A stretch of DNA of 28,845 nt from Methanobacteriaceae archaeon (GTDB taxonomy: Archaea; Methanobacteriota; Methanobacteria; Methanobacteriales; Methanobacteriaceae). Location: positions 1-28,845 of the forward strand of contig PWMT01000103.1 in the NCBI GenBank assembly GCA_003558085.1. Reading direction: 5' to 3'. The notes under the pieces are model-generated. The model was not told the DNA's origin, did not search any database, and was given only the letters and a program-made list of their open reading frames with translations. Below are positions 10,281-21,458 of the stretch, in pieces (within the stretch, counting starts at the first letter, position 1; each line of letters starts with the position of its first letter). A program made the position numbers and the translations under genes.

Positions 10281-11711
10281 ATGAGATATGTTGGCAGAAG
10301 AGATCTTTTACTGGTCTTAGAAAATTTAGGTATATTAATGCAGGCCATAGGTATAGGGGTGTTGCTGCCCATAATAGTGGCTTTAATCTATGGTGAGGGG
10401 AATTATATTGGTTTTTTATTGCCCTCGGCTGTTTCTTTCACCTTCGGAACATTACTAAATAGATACATAAATGTTTCAGCACCAGTACGACTTAAGCATG
10501 GCATGATGGTTGCAGGTTTAGCCTGGTTATGGGCTGCTCTAATTGGCAGTATGGTTATGATGTTGGTAGTTAACCTTGATTTTCTAAATGCTTTTTTTGA
10601 AAATATGTCTGGTTGGACCGGCAGTGGTCTAACTATTTTTGCTGATGTGGAAGTTCTACCTAAATCAATATTATTTTTAAGAAGTGTGGAACAATGGATT
10701 GGGGGACTTGGAATAGTTATCGTAGTGATTGGAATACTCATCCGCCCAGGCACAACTGCATCTAAACTTTACAAGTCTGAAGCTAGAGAAGAAAGAATAA
10801 AACCCAGTATCAGAAATACTATTAAAACCATTTTATGGATTTATTTAGTTTATACTTTAATTGGGGTGATATTGTATCTTCTAGCAGGTATGCCGCTTTT
10901 TGATGCCATTAATAATACTATGACTAATCTGGCCACTGGTGGTATGTCCATTAAAAATGATAATATAGGTTTCTATGATAATAATTTGATCTACTTAATC
11001 ACCATGTTTTTGATGATAGTAGGAGCTAGTAGTTTTTTACTGCATTATAAAGTATTTAAAGGCAAAGTTAGGAATGTTATTAATGATATTCAATTCCAAA
11101 CAATGTTAACGCTCATTATTATTTTTTCACTACTAATCATTATTACCAGATTTTTATTACCTTTAGATTCTATTTTCCATGTTATTTCTGCTTTAACCTG
11201 TACTGGTTCCAGCATACAGACTGTTCCTGAAATGAGTGAATGGGCAGGTTATGTTAAAATCGTAATCATGATGGGTATGATAATTGGAGGGGCTGCCGGC
11301 TCTACAACTGGCGCCGTTAAACTAATTCGATTTGTCACTGTAATTAAAGGGATGTATTGGGAAATCATGAAAATTATAACCCCCAAAGGAGCAATCATCC
11401 GACGTACAATTTCTGGAAAACCAGTGGACGAAGCGGAAATTAAAGAAGCTAGTGTCTATATCTCCATTTATTTCCTCTTCATTTTCATTAGCTGGCTGGT
11501 GCTTTCTGCTTATGGTTATGATACTTTAAATGCTTTATTTGAAGTATTTTCCGCGCAAGGAAATGTAGGACTTAGTATGGGAATCACTTCTGCGCAAATG
11601 CCCACTGTACCCAAGCTATTTTTAATATTTAACATGTGGCTGGGACGTTTAGAAATAATACCGGTTATGATTCTTATTAGAGGATTTTTAGAAGTTTTTA
11701 AAATAAAATAA
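10281..11711 (+). CDS. trkH: Trk-type potassium uptake membrane protein
   Basis: FFENMSGWTGSGLT, QWIGGLG, TGGMS, GSTTGAVK, SAQGNVGLS, GRLEI; ATG 10281 preferred over TTG 10257. Confidence 0.93.
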   Translation: MRYVGRRDLLLVLENLGILMQAIGIGVLLPIIVALIYGEGNYIGFLLPSAVSFTFGTLLNRYINVSAPVRLKHGMMVAGLAWLWAALIGSMVMMLVVNLDFLNAFFENMSGWTGSGLTIFADVEVLPKSILFLRSVEQWIGGLGIVIVVIGILIRPGTTASKLYKSEAREERIKPSIRNTIKTILWIYLVYTLIGVILYLLAGMPLFDAINNTMTNLATGGMSIKNDNIGFYDNNLIYLITMFLMIVGASSFLLHYKVFKGKVRNVINDIQFQTMLTLIIIFSLLIIITRFLLPLDSIFHVISALTCTGSSIQTVPEMSEWAGYVKIVIMMGMIIGGAAGSTTGAVKLIRFVTVIKGMYWEIMKIITPKGAIIRRTISGKPVDEAEIKEASVYISIYFLFIFISWLVLSAYGYDTLNALFEVFSAQGNVGLSMGITSAQMPTVPKLFLIFNMWLGRLEIIPVMILIRGFLEVFKIK

Positions 11712-11829
11712 GATGTAACGAAAAGACTTATTAATAGAGATATGCAAAAGAATTAAACTATTCAATAATTCAAAAAGTAAATTTTACAATATAAGCTTTT
11801 AGTGATCTTAATTTATTTAAAAAGGTGTA

Positions 11830-12483
11830 TTGATGTATGTAGTTATAATGGGTGGTGGTCGGGTAGGTTTAACCCTAGCCCATCTATTAATAAATGATGG
11901 TCATGATGTGACTCTAATAGAAAATGATGAAACTGTATGTGGGGATTTAGCAGTAGAATTAGATGCACTTGTAATCTGCGGAAATGGAACTGATACTAAA
12001 GCTTTAGAAGAAGCCAATATTAAAACTGCGGATGTATTTGTGGCTGCTACGGGAAATGATGAAGCTAATCTTTTATCATGCATATTGGTTCGTGAATACA
12101 ATATATCCAAATTAATAGCCCGGGTAAGTAATCCAGACCATGAGGAAGCATTCATAAAGGTAGGAATAGATGCAGTTATCTCACCAGAACGTACTGCGGC
12201 AGGTTATTTAGAAAAATTGATAACTCGACCTAAAGTGGCTGATTTAATCGTTTTAGGCCATGGAAATGCGGAAATATTAGATATGGCTGTAAATAATAAA
12301 AGATTAATCGGGCAAAAAATAGGAGATATTAGTCCCACCGAAGATTATCTCATTGTAGCAGTTTATAACAACGATGAATTGATTATACCCCATTCAGATA
12401 TGGTTTTAGAGAAAAATAGTAAAGTATCGGTACTAGTTAAAACCAAAGCAGTTAAAAAAGTTACTGAATTATTTACAAGTTAA
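11830..12483 (+). CDS. trkA: Trk potassium uptake NAD-binding subunit (single RCK)
   Basis: [30 protein letters not shown], TrkA_C at the C terminus; follows trkH. Confidence 0.93.
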   Translation: MMYVVIMGGGRVGLTLAHLLINDGHDVTLIENDETVCGDLAVELDALVICGNGTDTKALEEANIKTADVFVAATGNDEANLLSCILVREYNISKLIARVSNPDHEEAFIKVGIDAVISPERTAAGYLEKLITRPKVADLIVLGHGNAEILDMAVNNKRLIGQKIGDISPTEDYLIVAVYNNDELIIPHSDMVLEKNSKVSVLVKTKAVKKVTELFTS

Positions 12484-12531
12484 ACTAGAAAGTAAGTAAT
12501 CCAAACCTGATTGATATTTAATTGATTAATT

Positions 12532-13507
12532 ATGGACTTTTTTACTCATTTCCAGGTAACTATATATTGTTATTTTTTAAAATAGTAAATATAAATTGGA
12601 AGGATCCTTAGACGGTATTTCAGTAGATTTTGATCTTTTTATATAATTTATAGGCATATTATTCCCAATTATTTATTTTTAGTCATAGAGGCATTACTCA
12701 CTCCTTTGTCTTCGGTTTGATCTATGCAATTCTTTTTTTATACTTGTTAACTAGAAATCCTATTCAAAATCTAATTAGTAAAATCATCAAACGAGATTTG
12801 AAGCTTAATTTTTCTTTAAAAACAGTGGCGATAGCCTATTTTGGTGTTTCGATAGATTTAATACTTGATTTTCTAACCACTGGTGGTATACCCCTATTTT
12901 ATCCATTTTCAATAACTCTTTTTAGTGCTGAAATATTTTATGCGGTAGAAGGCATTACTATTATTGGTAGCATTAGTGATGGGGGAGTATAATCTTCTTT
13001 GCAATAGATAAACGTTATCAAAAAATAGCTATGATATTTTTTATAATATTTTTAATATCGATGGGTGTTATCAGAGCTTATGAAAAAAACAACACCATCC
13101 ATAGCTTTCAAACAGAAATGCAAGGAAATTACAGTGAAATAAAGGTTTATCCTACCGCAGATATATTTACTTGGAAAGTAGTTTTAATTAATCCCCAGGA
13201 TCAAGAATACACCTACTATAAGTACCATAGTAATAGTGATAATAAATTGTTTCCAGGCAATTACAGAGCTCTGCATATTGAAAAGGGAGATTATAATTCC
13301 GCTATTTCAGCCATAGAAAGAGATGAGAAAAAAAGTATGGTCGAATATTTCCGTTGGAGGTCCTATCATACTTGTATTAATGCTAAATATGATAATGGTA
13401 TTTGGAAAATAACTTATTCTGATTTTGCAGGAAGATACGCTGCTAGAGATAATTTAAGCGTGTATATTGCAGATAAAAAATTATATTTTTTAAAATCATC
13501 TTATTAA
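12532..13507 (+). pseudogene. degraded membrane-bound metal-dependent hydrolase (multiple stops and frameshifts)
   Basis: MDFFTHF from ATG 12532; GISVDFDLFI* from 12614 (TAA 12644-12646); HRGITHSF from 12684 in a different frame; LILDFLTTGGIPLFYPF; second break between 12992 and 13031. Confidence 0.85.
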
Positions 13508-13525
13508 TTAGTTATTAATATTTTT

Positions 13526-14152
13526 CTAAAATCCTTTGAGCAAGTTATAAGACCATTCTATATGTTGATTACCTTCATCAGCCCAAGGACCATGCCCTGG
13601 TAATAAATATTTTACATCAAGTTCTAAAAGTTTTTTAATGGAATTAATCATGTCCTTATAGTTTCCACCAACATCCAGGCGCCCGAATCCGCCATTAGCA
13701 AATACTGTATCGCCTGAAATTAGAATTTCACCATCCCAGAGACAGATGCCACCAGGACTATGTCCCGGGGTATGTAGCACTTCAAAGTTAGCTATTTTAT
13801 CTCCTTCCTTTAATATCCGACCTATATTTATAGGTTCTAAAGTTCGGCCAAAGAGGTAAGAAACAGTTGCCATTGGATCAGCTTTTTCCATTGCAGGAGC
13901 CTCTAATTCATGAATAGCTACTTCAGCTGAAAATAAATGATTACCGCCTACATGATCGTAGTGACAATGGGTGTTTACAATATTAGATATGTCCTCTGGA
14001 CTTATTCCTGTCTTTTTAATTTCTGAGAAAAGATAATTTTTATTAACTCCTGTACCAGTATCAATCAGAATATCGTCCACTACATAAACATTTGAATCGA
14101 AGCCATAACCTTCTATAAAAAAGACATCATTAATTTGTTCCATTATATTCAA
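13526..14152 (-). CDS. MBL-fold metallo-hydrolase (glyoxalase II-like)
   Basis: LIDTG, THCHYDHVGG, HTPGHSPG, SGD, LPGHG. Confidence 0.92.
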   Translation of the reverse strand: MNIMEQINDVFFIEGYGFDSNVYVVDDILIDTGTGVNKNYLFSEIKKTGISPEDISNIVNTHCHYDHVGGNHLFSAEVAIHELEAPAMEKADPMATVSYLFGRTLEPINIGRILKEGDKIANFEVLHTPGHSPGGICLWDGEILISGDTVFANGGFGRLDVGGNYKDMINSIKKLLELDVKYLLPGHGPWADEGNQHIEWSYNLLKGF

Positions 14153-14201
14153 CCCATAATTTAAAATTGATATAAATTGTTGGTAAAAATAATATTAATA
14201 G

Positions 14202-14343
<142 letters not shown>

Positions 14344-14389
14344 CTGAATTTGAGTTTTAAATGTTTAAAAATATTCAGACGAAATCTAA

Positions 14390-14461
<72 letters not shown>

Positions 14462-14585
14462 ATAGTAGGTATACTAGTAGATTAATTTGATATTTAAAAT
14501 TTGCGGAGAAATTTTTGAGCAATGTAATAAATTAACCTTTAAAAGATAATCTAAAAGATATTTTGGTTAAAAAAGGTGGTGATCA

Positions 14586-14858
14586 ATTGAATGGGATCCT
14601 ATGATTTTTTTTTTATATCTCCTTTTTAGTATAATTATTGTTATATTATCTTATTGGGAATATACTTAAAGTAAAAAATGCTACCACACTATTCATAGGC
14701 GCATATTTTGGTTTATTTGGTATTTCACATTTTTCAATTCTTATGGAGTTGATAGTTCTGAAATACTTTTAATCCTAATTAGAAGTCTAGGTTATATTAT
14801 GGTGATTATAGCTCTTATAAGATCTTTATACAAAATTAAATCCTTATTTAGTATTTAA
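14586..14858 (+). pseudogene. remnant of a ~90-aa small membrane protein (lost start, stop, two frameshifts)
   Basis: After an AGGTGGTGA RBS, three collinear frames give IEWDPMIFFLYLLFSIIIVILSYWEYT* / KNATTLFIGAYFGLFGISHF / EILLILIRSLGYIMVIIALIRSLYK; resembles a methanogen hypothetical family as recalled, not searched. Confidence 0.6.
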
Positions 14859-16248
14859 TTAAACAGCAGCTAATAAATTTTATTTAGATTTTAATTTTAA
14901 ACCTGTTTATCTTATATTAGATATTTTTTTAAAACCATAAATTCTATCCAAGAGGAAGAATAAAAATCAATTTCTCTACAAAATATTTGTAATTAGAATA
15001 GCGAAGTATTCGTACTATTAACTACTGCTTTTGATATACACATGGGATAAAATGTAATAAGATTTGGAAGATGTTACTTGGTACTATTTACCGTATCATA
15101 ATACTAGTTTTAGTGCTAAATATTATGATAAATACATATAGTTCCAATTAATAATTTTGAAAATAAGTAATTAAAATAGGTTTAAAAGTATCCTCATAGT
15201 TCCATTGCCAGGAATAAAAAAAAACGTGATTAGAACCTACTATAATCCTATCAGTGAATGTTTATCTGTTTAAAAGATTTTGTGCTTAAATTGGTTTATC
15301 TAGTTAAAAGTTATAAATATTTAAATTCCGAGGAAAAAAGATTTCTGGAATATTGGAATTGGTGTAAAATAAGTTTTAATTCCAATCCAAATTTTTCCAG
15401 AGATGTTGTCATCTCGCTCCACAAATATATCCATAACATTCTGTGTCATGGATACATACTAATATATGTTATATTACTATATACTTTTTTTGATCAAAAA
15501 AAATAATTATTGGCTTTTTTAGGAAAAAATTAAAAAATTCCTTATATTATAATAACTAATCTGAATATTTTATTTATTAAAATAAAAAAATTTAAAATCA
15601 TTCTAATAATTTTTTTGTGGTTAACAGTGAATACTGTTTAAATCCCCAGTACCCCTATTTAATCATTAAATTAATTTAAAAAGCTTGGGAAAAATAGTTA
15701 AAAAGACATGGAGGCGTCTTCCAGCAAGTTTTCCCTAGCCTAAATTTATTTGTAGAATACAGGAGTCGCAGAAACACCTATAAAAATTCATTTATTTTTA
15801 AATAAGGTAATTAAAGATAATTAATCTAAAAAGAGAGTTACCCTAACCTAAAATCTAACTTAGACTAAATATCTGCCCAAAAAAAATTAGAATAAAAAAT
15901 AGTTGCTTGTGGAGCATTTTTATTATCCTATTTGAGATGACTTGTTATCTAATACTATATTCAGCCTAGTGCTTAAATGAATCGATAAGCTTCCAAATAT
16001 AAAAATAATGTAAAACAGCCTAAATTAAATATAAATACTTTAGAATATAAGGTTTGACAATAAATAATTAAATTGTCTTTGAATTTACCATTATAAAAGA
16101 AATAATAAAACAAATTTCAAATAATATACAAATCATTAGTTCCAGGATCAATATTGATCCGAAGAAAATTATAAAAAAACCCAGTTCTAAGGTAAAAATT
16201 CATTTAATCCTTTCAATAAATTTTAGCAGAGGTTAGGTTATAAGAATG

Positions 16249-16677
16249 TTATACATTATGGTCAGGGTTGGTTAATTTTATCTGTTTAGACTTTCCCAAA
16301 ATTTCATCTAATTCTAATCCTTTAGTTAGAGCTAAATTTAAATCTAAGCGGTAATTTTGATTTTTAGTTAAAATTAAGTTTTCAGGAGAAATAAAAATCC
16401 ATTTTTTATATTTGAATTTAATCCCCACATATGGTTGAGCACCAAATAAATCTGAAAATGCACATAAACCCCCAATTTTTTGAGAATCTATGTAAATTCG
16501 TTCTTTAGATGTAGTTTTAACTTCAATAGCTAGATAAATCTTTCCATTCCCTGCAATTACATCAGGAAGAGGTTTTTTAGTGGCTCCTCCTGAAGCAGGA
16601 GCACGCATCGCAGCAAAATCTGCATTCCATAATAATTTAACCAGATCTCTCTCTTCTTTTGAACCCTTTTTCACCAT
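16249..16677 (-). CDS. hjc: archaeal Holliday junction resolvase
   Basis: [32 protein letters not shown] (PD-(D/E)XK motif). Confidence 0.95.
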   Translation of the reverse strand: MVKKGSKEERDLVKLLWNADFAAMRAPASGGATKKPLPDVIAGNGKIYLAIEVKTTSKERIYIDSQKIGGLCAFSDLFGAQPYVGIKFKYKKWIFISPENLILTKNQNYRLDLNLALTKGLELDEILGKSKQIKLTNPDHNV

Positions 16678-17205
16678 AAAATCATCTTAATTATGCTATT
16701 AAATTATTTATACTCATTTTATTATTAGTGCAAGTATCTTAAATAATATTTTAATACTCTAGGCAATAAAAGCTCCACTCTATTTGCTTCTCTTGAGTAG
16801 TCAGTAAACTTATTTCATAATTACCCTAAAGAAAATATTAGAATAATTTCCTTCACTAAAGTAGTTTTTTTTAGTAAAGAATCTGATTAAATTATCTATT
16901 GAATAATACTTATTTAGCTAAAAGCTGAATAAGTTGTGATCTTCCATACTCCCATATTTGCCCTTATATATACATTGAAGAGCATAGATTAACCGCCTTT
17001 ATAATCTTAATTAAAAATAATCCTATTTTAATGTATTAACTCTTCTCATCATCTTATAAATAATTTATATTTAAATGAGCACTTTAAAAATCGTATTAGA
17101 TTAAAATAAACAATTAATCTCCTATAGGAAAAAATTAGGTAAAAGAATAAAATATAAAAAAGTTATACTAGTATTATTTAAATATACCTAATAATTAAAA
17201 TGAGA

Positions 17206-17279
<74 letters not shown>

Positions 17280-17304
17280 TGTATGAAAATTGATAATCTT
17301 TCGA

Positions 17305-17388
<84 letters not shown>

Positions 17389-17485
17389 TATTTCGAGGAA
17401 AGGCAAAATCCTCTATTAGATTAGGAAAGATTAAATTTAGTAACTTAATCTAGAATATAAATATCTTATATACTTATGATTATAA

Positions 17486-17560
17486 TGCTCCGGCCGGGAT
17501 TCGAACCCGAGTCTTCGGCTCGAAAGGCCGAAATGATTGGCCGGACTACACTACCGGAGC
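17486..17560 (-). tRNA. tRNA-Glu(UUC)
   Basis: GCTCCGG/CCGGAGC-A acceptor; TCGGC-CT-TTC-GA-GCCGA. Confidence 0.95.
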
Positions 17561-17580
17561 TAAAATATTATGCTTATTAA

Positions 17581-17654
<74 letters not shown>

Positions 17655-17658
17655 AAAG

Positions 17659-17733
<75 letters not shown>

Positions 17734-17785
17734 CTTGCCAAGTAAAGCCTGTAAAACAAGCTACAAAAGATATTTCTCTTTACTC

Positions 17786-17795
17786 TATTTAAAAA
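17786..17795 (-). promoter_or_regulatory. candidate TATA box for the tRNA cluster
   Basis: TTTTTAAATA on the minus strand about 55 nt upstream of tRNA-Asn; AT-rich background limits certainty. Confidence 0.4.
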
Positions 17796-17889
17796 CATAG
17801 TACTTAAATCGAGTACAGTTAGATTGACAGTCATCATATATAAATATTTGGAAGCATATTTAGTTTATAAGCTATCCTGCAAGGTTTTA

Positions 17890-18315
17890 CTATAAACTGA
17901 AAAAAGCCCATATTACTGCAGCGATAATTAAGGCTAAGGGAAAACTAATAATCAAAGTTGACTTTCTACGAGAGAAGATCAAAACATATACTAAGGCCAT
18001 GAAAACAGCAATCCAAGTAGCAATTGAAGGTAAAATTCTAAGTAGAATCCCTGCTAAAATAACAAGTATTAAGGAAGCACCAAATATAACATCCCATTCT
18101 ATAATGCCCTCCCCCTCTACCTCAGCATCAACCGGATAGGCTTCTTCCTCAGGCATATATTCTATATTTTCACTAAAATCATCATCTATAAAAGATTCTA
18201 TACGTGATTTTAAAGGTTTATCTGGATGATACGTAGTCTTTAAAATTTCTCCGCAATTTTTGCAGAATTTAGACTGATCATCATTCCTTTCACCACAATT
18301 AGAACAGTAACCCAT
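17890..18315 (-). CDS. zinc-ribbon domain membrane protein
   Basis: YCSNCG...KFCKNCG N-terminal ribbon, acidic linker, three hydrophobic C-terminal helices. Confidence 0.8.
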   Translation of the reverse strand: MGYCSNCGERNDDQSKFCKNCGEILKTTYHPDKPLKSRIESFIDDDFSENIEYMPEEEAYPVDAEVEGEGIIEWDVIFGASLILVILAGILLRILPSIATWIAVFMALVYVLIFSRRKSTLIISFPLALIIAAVIWAFFSL

Positions 18316-18697
18316 ATTTTCATCCTGTTGATATTATGAAGTAAAATTATATTTTAAGAGCAATTTATATAGAAAATATGTTATGAAGGTTTATATTATA
18401 ATTAAAGGTATTATTTAAAATATAAATCTGTGTATAATGAGGTCTTAACTATTACAGTTTTAATGATTCCATTATATAATTAAGCTATAAGATATTGGTT
18501 CTCCAGGATAAAGATTACTTAACCATTACTTAAATAAATGACAGCATCAAGATTTAATATAGGCAATAGGGGATAAAACTCCTAAGTAAATAATCTATAA
18601 TCTTTTTCTAGAATAACTATGATATCTAATTTAGACCAATTAAAGACTTGCCTGATAAAATTAATTTTTAAATTAACTGGAGTAAATTAAGATTATT

Positions 18698-19696
18698 ATG
18701 AAAGTAATTGATAAATTAGAAAATTTAGAAATATGGGATCTTATAGATAAGAGCAATAAAATCCATCTGCAAACTCATGGGAAAATTATAAGCATAGAAA
18801 GAGCTTTATTTCTTTCCTGGTGGTGTGAAAAGGGAGATTGTGCATTTTGTTATATGAGAACTCAAAAACCAAAAATAGATGATCCCAAAAAAGCACGAAG
18901 AAGTATTAATTCTATTTTAGCTGAAGCAGAATTATGTAGACGTTTAAATTGGAATATTGAATTTTTAGCAGGAGGATATGGCGCTTTTAACACTGCAGAA
19001 ATTAAAAATTTATCTAAAAAAATTCAGGAGATTACTGGACAAAGTCTCTGGTTAAATATAGGGATTACTCAGGAATTAGAAGAATATGGGAAAGAAATTG
19101 CTGGAATTACTGGAGCAGTGGAAGTGGCTAATCCAAAACTCCATGAACAAATTTGTCCTAGCAAGCCTCTTGAAGATATTGTAAATATGCTTTATTTAGC
19201 TAGAGATTTAGGATTTAAAACCGGGATGACTATAATTTTAGGATTGGGAGAAACCCCTCAAGACCTTGAATTTCTATTTAATATGATAAAAAAATTGAAA
19301 ATCCAAAGACTTACCTTTTATTCATTAAATCCCCAAAAGGGAACGCCCTATGAGAATAGGCCTTCACCTGCCTCCTTGTATTATGCAGGTACTGTAGCTG
19401 CCACTAGAATAAAATTCCCTGATTTGGAATTAATTTGTGGAACCTGGATAGATAACTTGGCCAATATTGGACCATTAATTTTAAGTGGAGCTAATGGTTT
19501 AACCAAGTTTCCACTTTTTAAAATGTTTGGATCCCATTATGGAAAGCGTTTAGAAGAAGAAGTATTTTGGTCTGGTAGAACTTTAAAAGGAACTTTTACC
19601 AATTACGATAGTTTATTAGATGATTCTAAATCTCCCGCAGAAATAGAACCTTTAATAAAAAGATATATTGATAAGTGCCTTAATAACAAATCATAA
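18698..19696 (+). CDS. radical SAM protein (BioB-like, function unknown)
   Basis: WWCEKGDCAFCYM cluster motif, AGG, GAVEVAN, IILGLGET, LNPQKGTP. Confidence 0.85.
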   Translation: MKVIDKLENLEIWDLIDKSNKIHLQTHGKIISIERALFLSWWCEKGDCAFCYMRTQKPKIDDPKKARRSINSILAEAELCRRLNWNIEFLAGGYGAFNTAEIKNLSKKIQEITGQSLWLNIGITQELEEYGKEIAGITGAVEVANPKLHEQICPSKPLEDIVNMLYLARDLGFKTGMTIILGLGETPQDLEFLFNMIKKLKIQRLTFYSLNPQKGTPYENRPSPASLYYAGTVAATRIKFPDLELICGTWIDNLANIGPLILSGANGLTKFPLFKMFGSHYGKRLEEEVFWSGRTLKGTFTNYDSLLDDSKSPAEIEPLIKRYIDKCLNNKS

Positions 19697-19807
19697 AATA
19701 AATCCATATTCAAATTGAACTAGTTTAAAACCTGATTATCAAGAAGATTAGTGCATAAATTGCATAATAAATAATAATTTTTTTCCAAAAAAGAGGCCAG
19801 AGGAGGG

Positions 19808-21181
19808 ATGCCTATTAAGATGAAATGTGGATTAGAAATTCACGTCCAATTAGAAACTGATTCTAAGCTTTTTTGTAATTGTCCTACTAATTACCAAGAT
19901 ACTCCTGCCAATACTAATATTTGTTTTGTTTGTTTGAATCAACCTGGCGCCAAGCCTTTTCCTACCAATAAACAAGCAATAGAAGGTGCGTTGAAAATAG
20001 CACTTATGTTAGATTGTAAAATGAACCAAGAAGTAATCTATTTTATGCGAAAGCATTATAATTATCCTGACCTTTCATCTGGTTATCAGCGAACCAGCAT
20101 CCCCATAGGTTATGAAGGTGATTTAAATGGTATCAGAATTAGGGAAGTGCATATGGAAGAAGATCCCGGGCAATATAAACCAGATGTGGGTACTGTTGAT
20201 TTTAACCGTTCTGGAATTCCTTTAATAGAAATTGTAACAGAGCCCGATATGAAATCACCAGAAGAAGCCCGTAAATTTCTTAAAGAACTTATCAGGGTAT
20301 TGGAATATAGTGCTAATGCTCGTGGAGAAGGTACCATGCGAGCGGATGTTAATATATCTTTAGAGGGAGGTAAACGGGTTGAAATTAAGAATATAAACTC
20401 TATTAAAGGTGCCTATAAAGCCCTTAAATTTGAAATGGTGCGGCAAAAAAATTTATTGAAAAGAGGTGTAGAAGTCCAACAAGAAACACGTGCTTTTCTG
20501 GAATCGCAAATGATAACTGTTTCTATGAGGCTAAAAGAAGAAGCTGAAGATTATAGATATCTACCGGATCCTGATTTAGCACCAATGCAAACCGAAGAGG
20601 AAAAACTACGGATTATTAAAGATGAAATACCTGAAGCCCCTCATATAAAAACCAAAAGATTTATAAAGGAATATAATCTTGCAGAAGAACATGCTAAAGT
20701 TTTAACTTCGGAATTAGAATTAGCAAATGCCTTTGAAGAAGTGGCTAAAGAAATTGACCCTGAATTTGCAGCTTTATGGATGAGAGATGAACTAAAAAGA
20801 GTAATTTATTATAATAAAATGAGTTTTAAGGAGAGTGGAATAAGCACCTCCCAACTTATAGAGTTGCTTGAAATGATTCAGAACAAAGAAATTACCACCA
20901 AAGCAGGTAAACGAATAATAGAACAGTTACCCCATAATTCTGAAATTCCAAGATCCATTGCAGAGAAAATGGGCTTAATAGGAATTATTAAAGAAGATGA
21001 AATTATTAATGCCGCCCAACAAGCCATAAAAGAAAATCCAGAAGCAGTTGAAGATTATAATCAGGGCAAAAAAGCTGCCATGAATTTTCTGGTGGGACAA
21101 GTAATGAGAATAACCCGAGGAAAAGCAGAACCAGAACATACTGTAAAAATACTGCTTAAATTAATTAACTCAGATAACTAA
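19808..21181 (+). CDS. gatB: Asp-tRNA(Asn)/Glu-tRNA(Gln) amidotransferase subunit B
   Basis: GLEIHVQL..SKLFC, RKHYNYPDL, HMEEDPG, VDFNRSGIPLIEIVTEPD, DYRYLPDPDL, FLVGQVM. Confidence 0.97.
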   Translation: MPIKMKCGLEIHVQLETDSKLFCNCPTNYQDTPANTNICFVCLNQPGAKPFPTNKQAIEGALKIALMLDCKMNQEVIYFMRKHYNYPDLSSGYQRTSIPIGYEGDLNGIRIREVHMEEDPGQYKPDVGTVDFNRSGIPLIEIVTEPDMKSPEEARKFLKELIRVLEYSANARGEGTMRADVNISLEGGKRVEIKNINSIKGAYKALKFEMVRQKNLLKRGVEVQQETRAFLESQMITVSMRLKEEAEDYRYLPDPDLAPMQTEEEKLRIIKDEIPEAPHIKTKRFIKEYNLAEEHAKVLTSELELANAFEEVAKEIDPEFAALWMRDELKRVIYYNKMSFKESGISTSQLIELLEMIQNKEITTKAGKRIIEQLPHNSEIPRSIAEKMGLIGIIKEDEIINAAQQAIKENPEAVEDYNQGKKAAMNFLVGQVMRITRGKAEPEHTVKILLKLINSDN

Positions 21182-21193
21182 TAAGGAATTTTT

Positions 21194-21439
21194 ATGGCTA
21201 GGAAAATCTTAAATCAGCTGTTATGGCATCCTGAAATGAAACTATCATCGTGTAAAATAACTTACATTCATCGGGGAAGTAGTCAAAATCTCAAAACCAT
21301 ATCTGGCTCTCAAATAAAAAAAATAGAAAAAGGATTTTTAATTTTAGAAGAGGACGTGCAAATTCCCTATCATCGCATTATTAAAATTGAGTGCCCAGAT
21401 ATTTTAATATGGAAAAAGAGGACTTCCAAAGATAAATGA
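21194..21439 (+). CDS. DUF504 / MJ1316-like putative RNA-end recognition protein
   Basis: ILNQLLWHP, ITYIHRG, IPYHRII, IWKK. Confidence 0.8.
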   Translation: MARKILNQLLWHPEMKLSSCKITYIHRGSSQNLKTISGSQIKKIEKGFLILEEDVQIPYHRIIKIECPDILIWKKRTSKDK

Positions 21440-21458
21440 AGATTTAAAGGGGATTAAT

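Noticed and set aside
15258-15506. 82-aa ORF on the plus strand
   Set aside because: No RBS or recognisable motif; composition expected from AT-rich non-coding DNA
18698-19696. Calling the radical SAM gene bioB or hcgA
   Set aside because: Cys spacing CX4CX2C fits neither BioB (CX3CX2C) nor HcgA (CX5CX2C), and there are no bio or hcg neighbours
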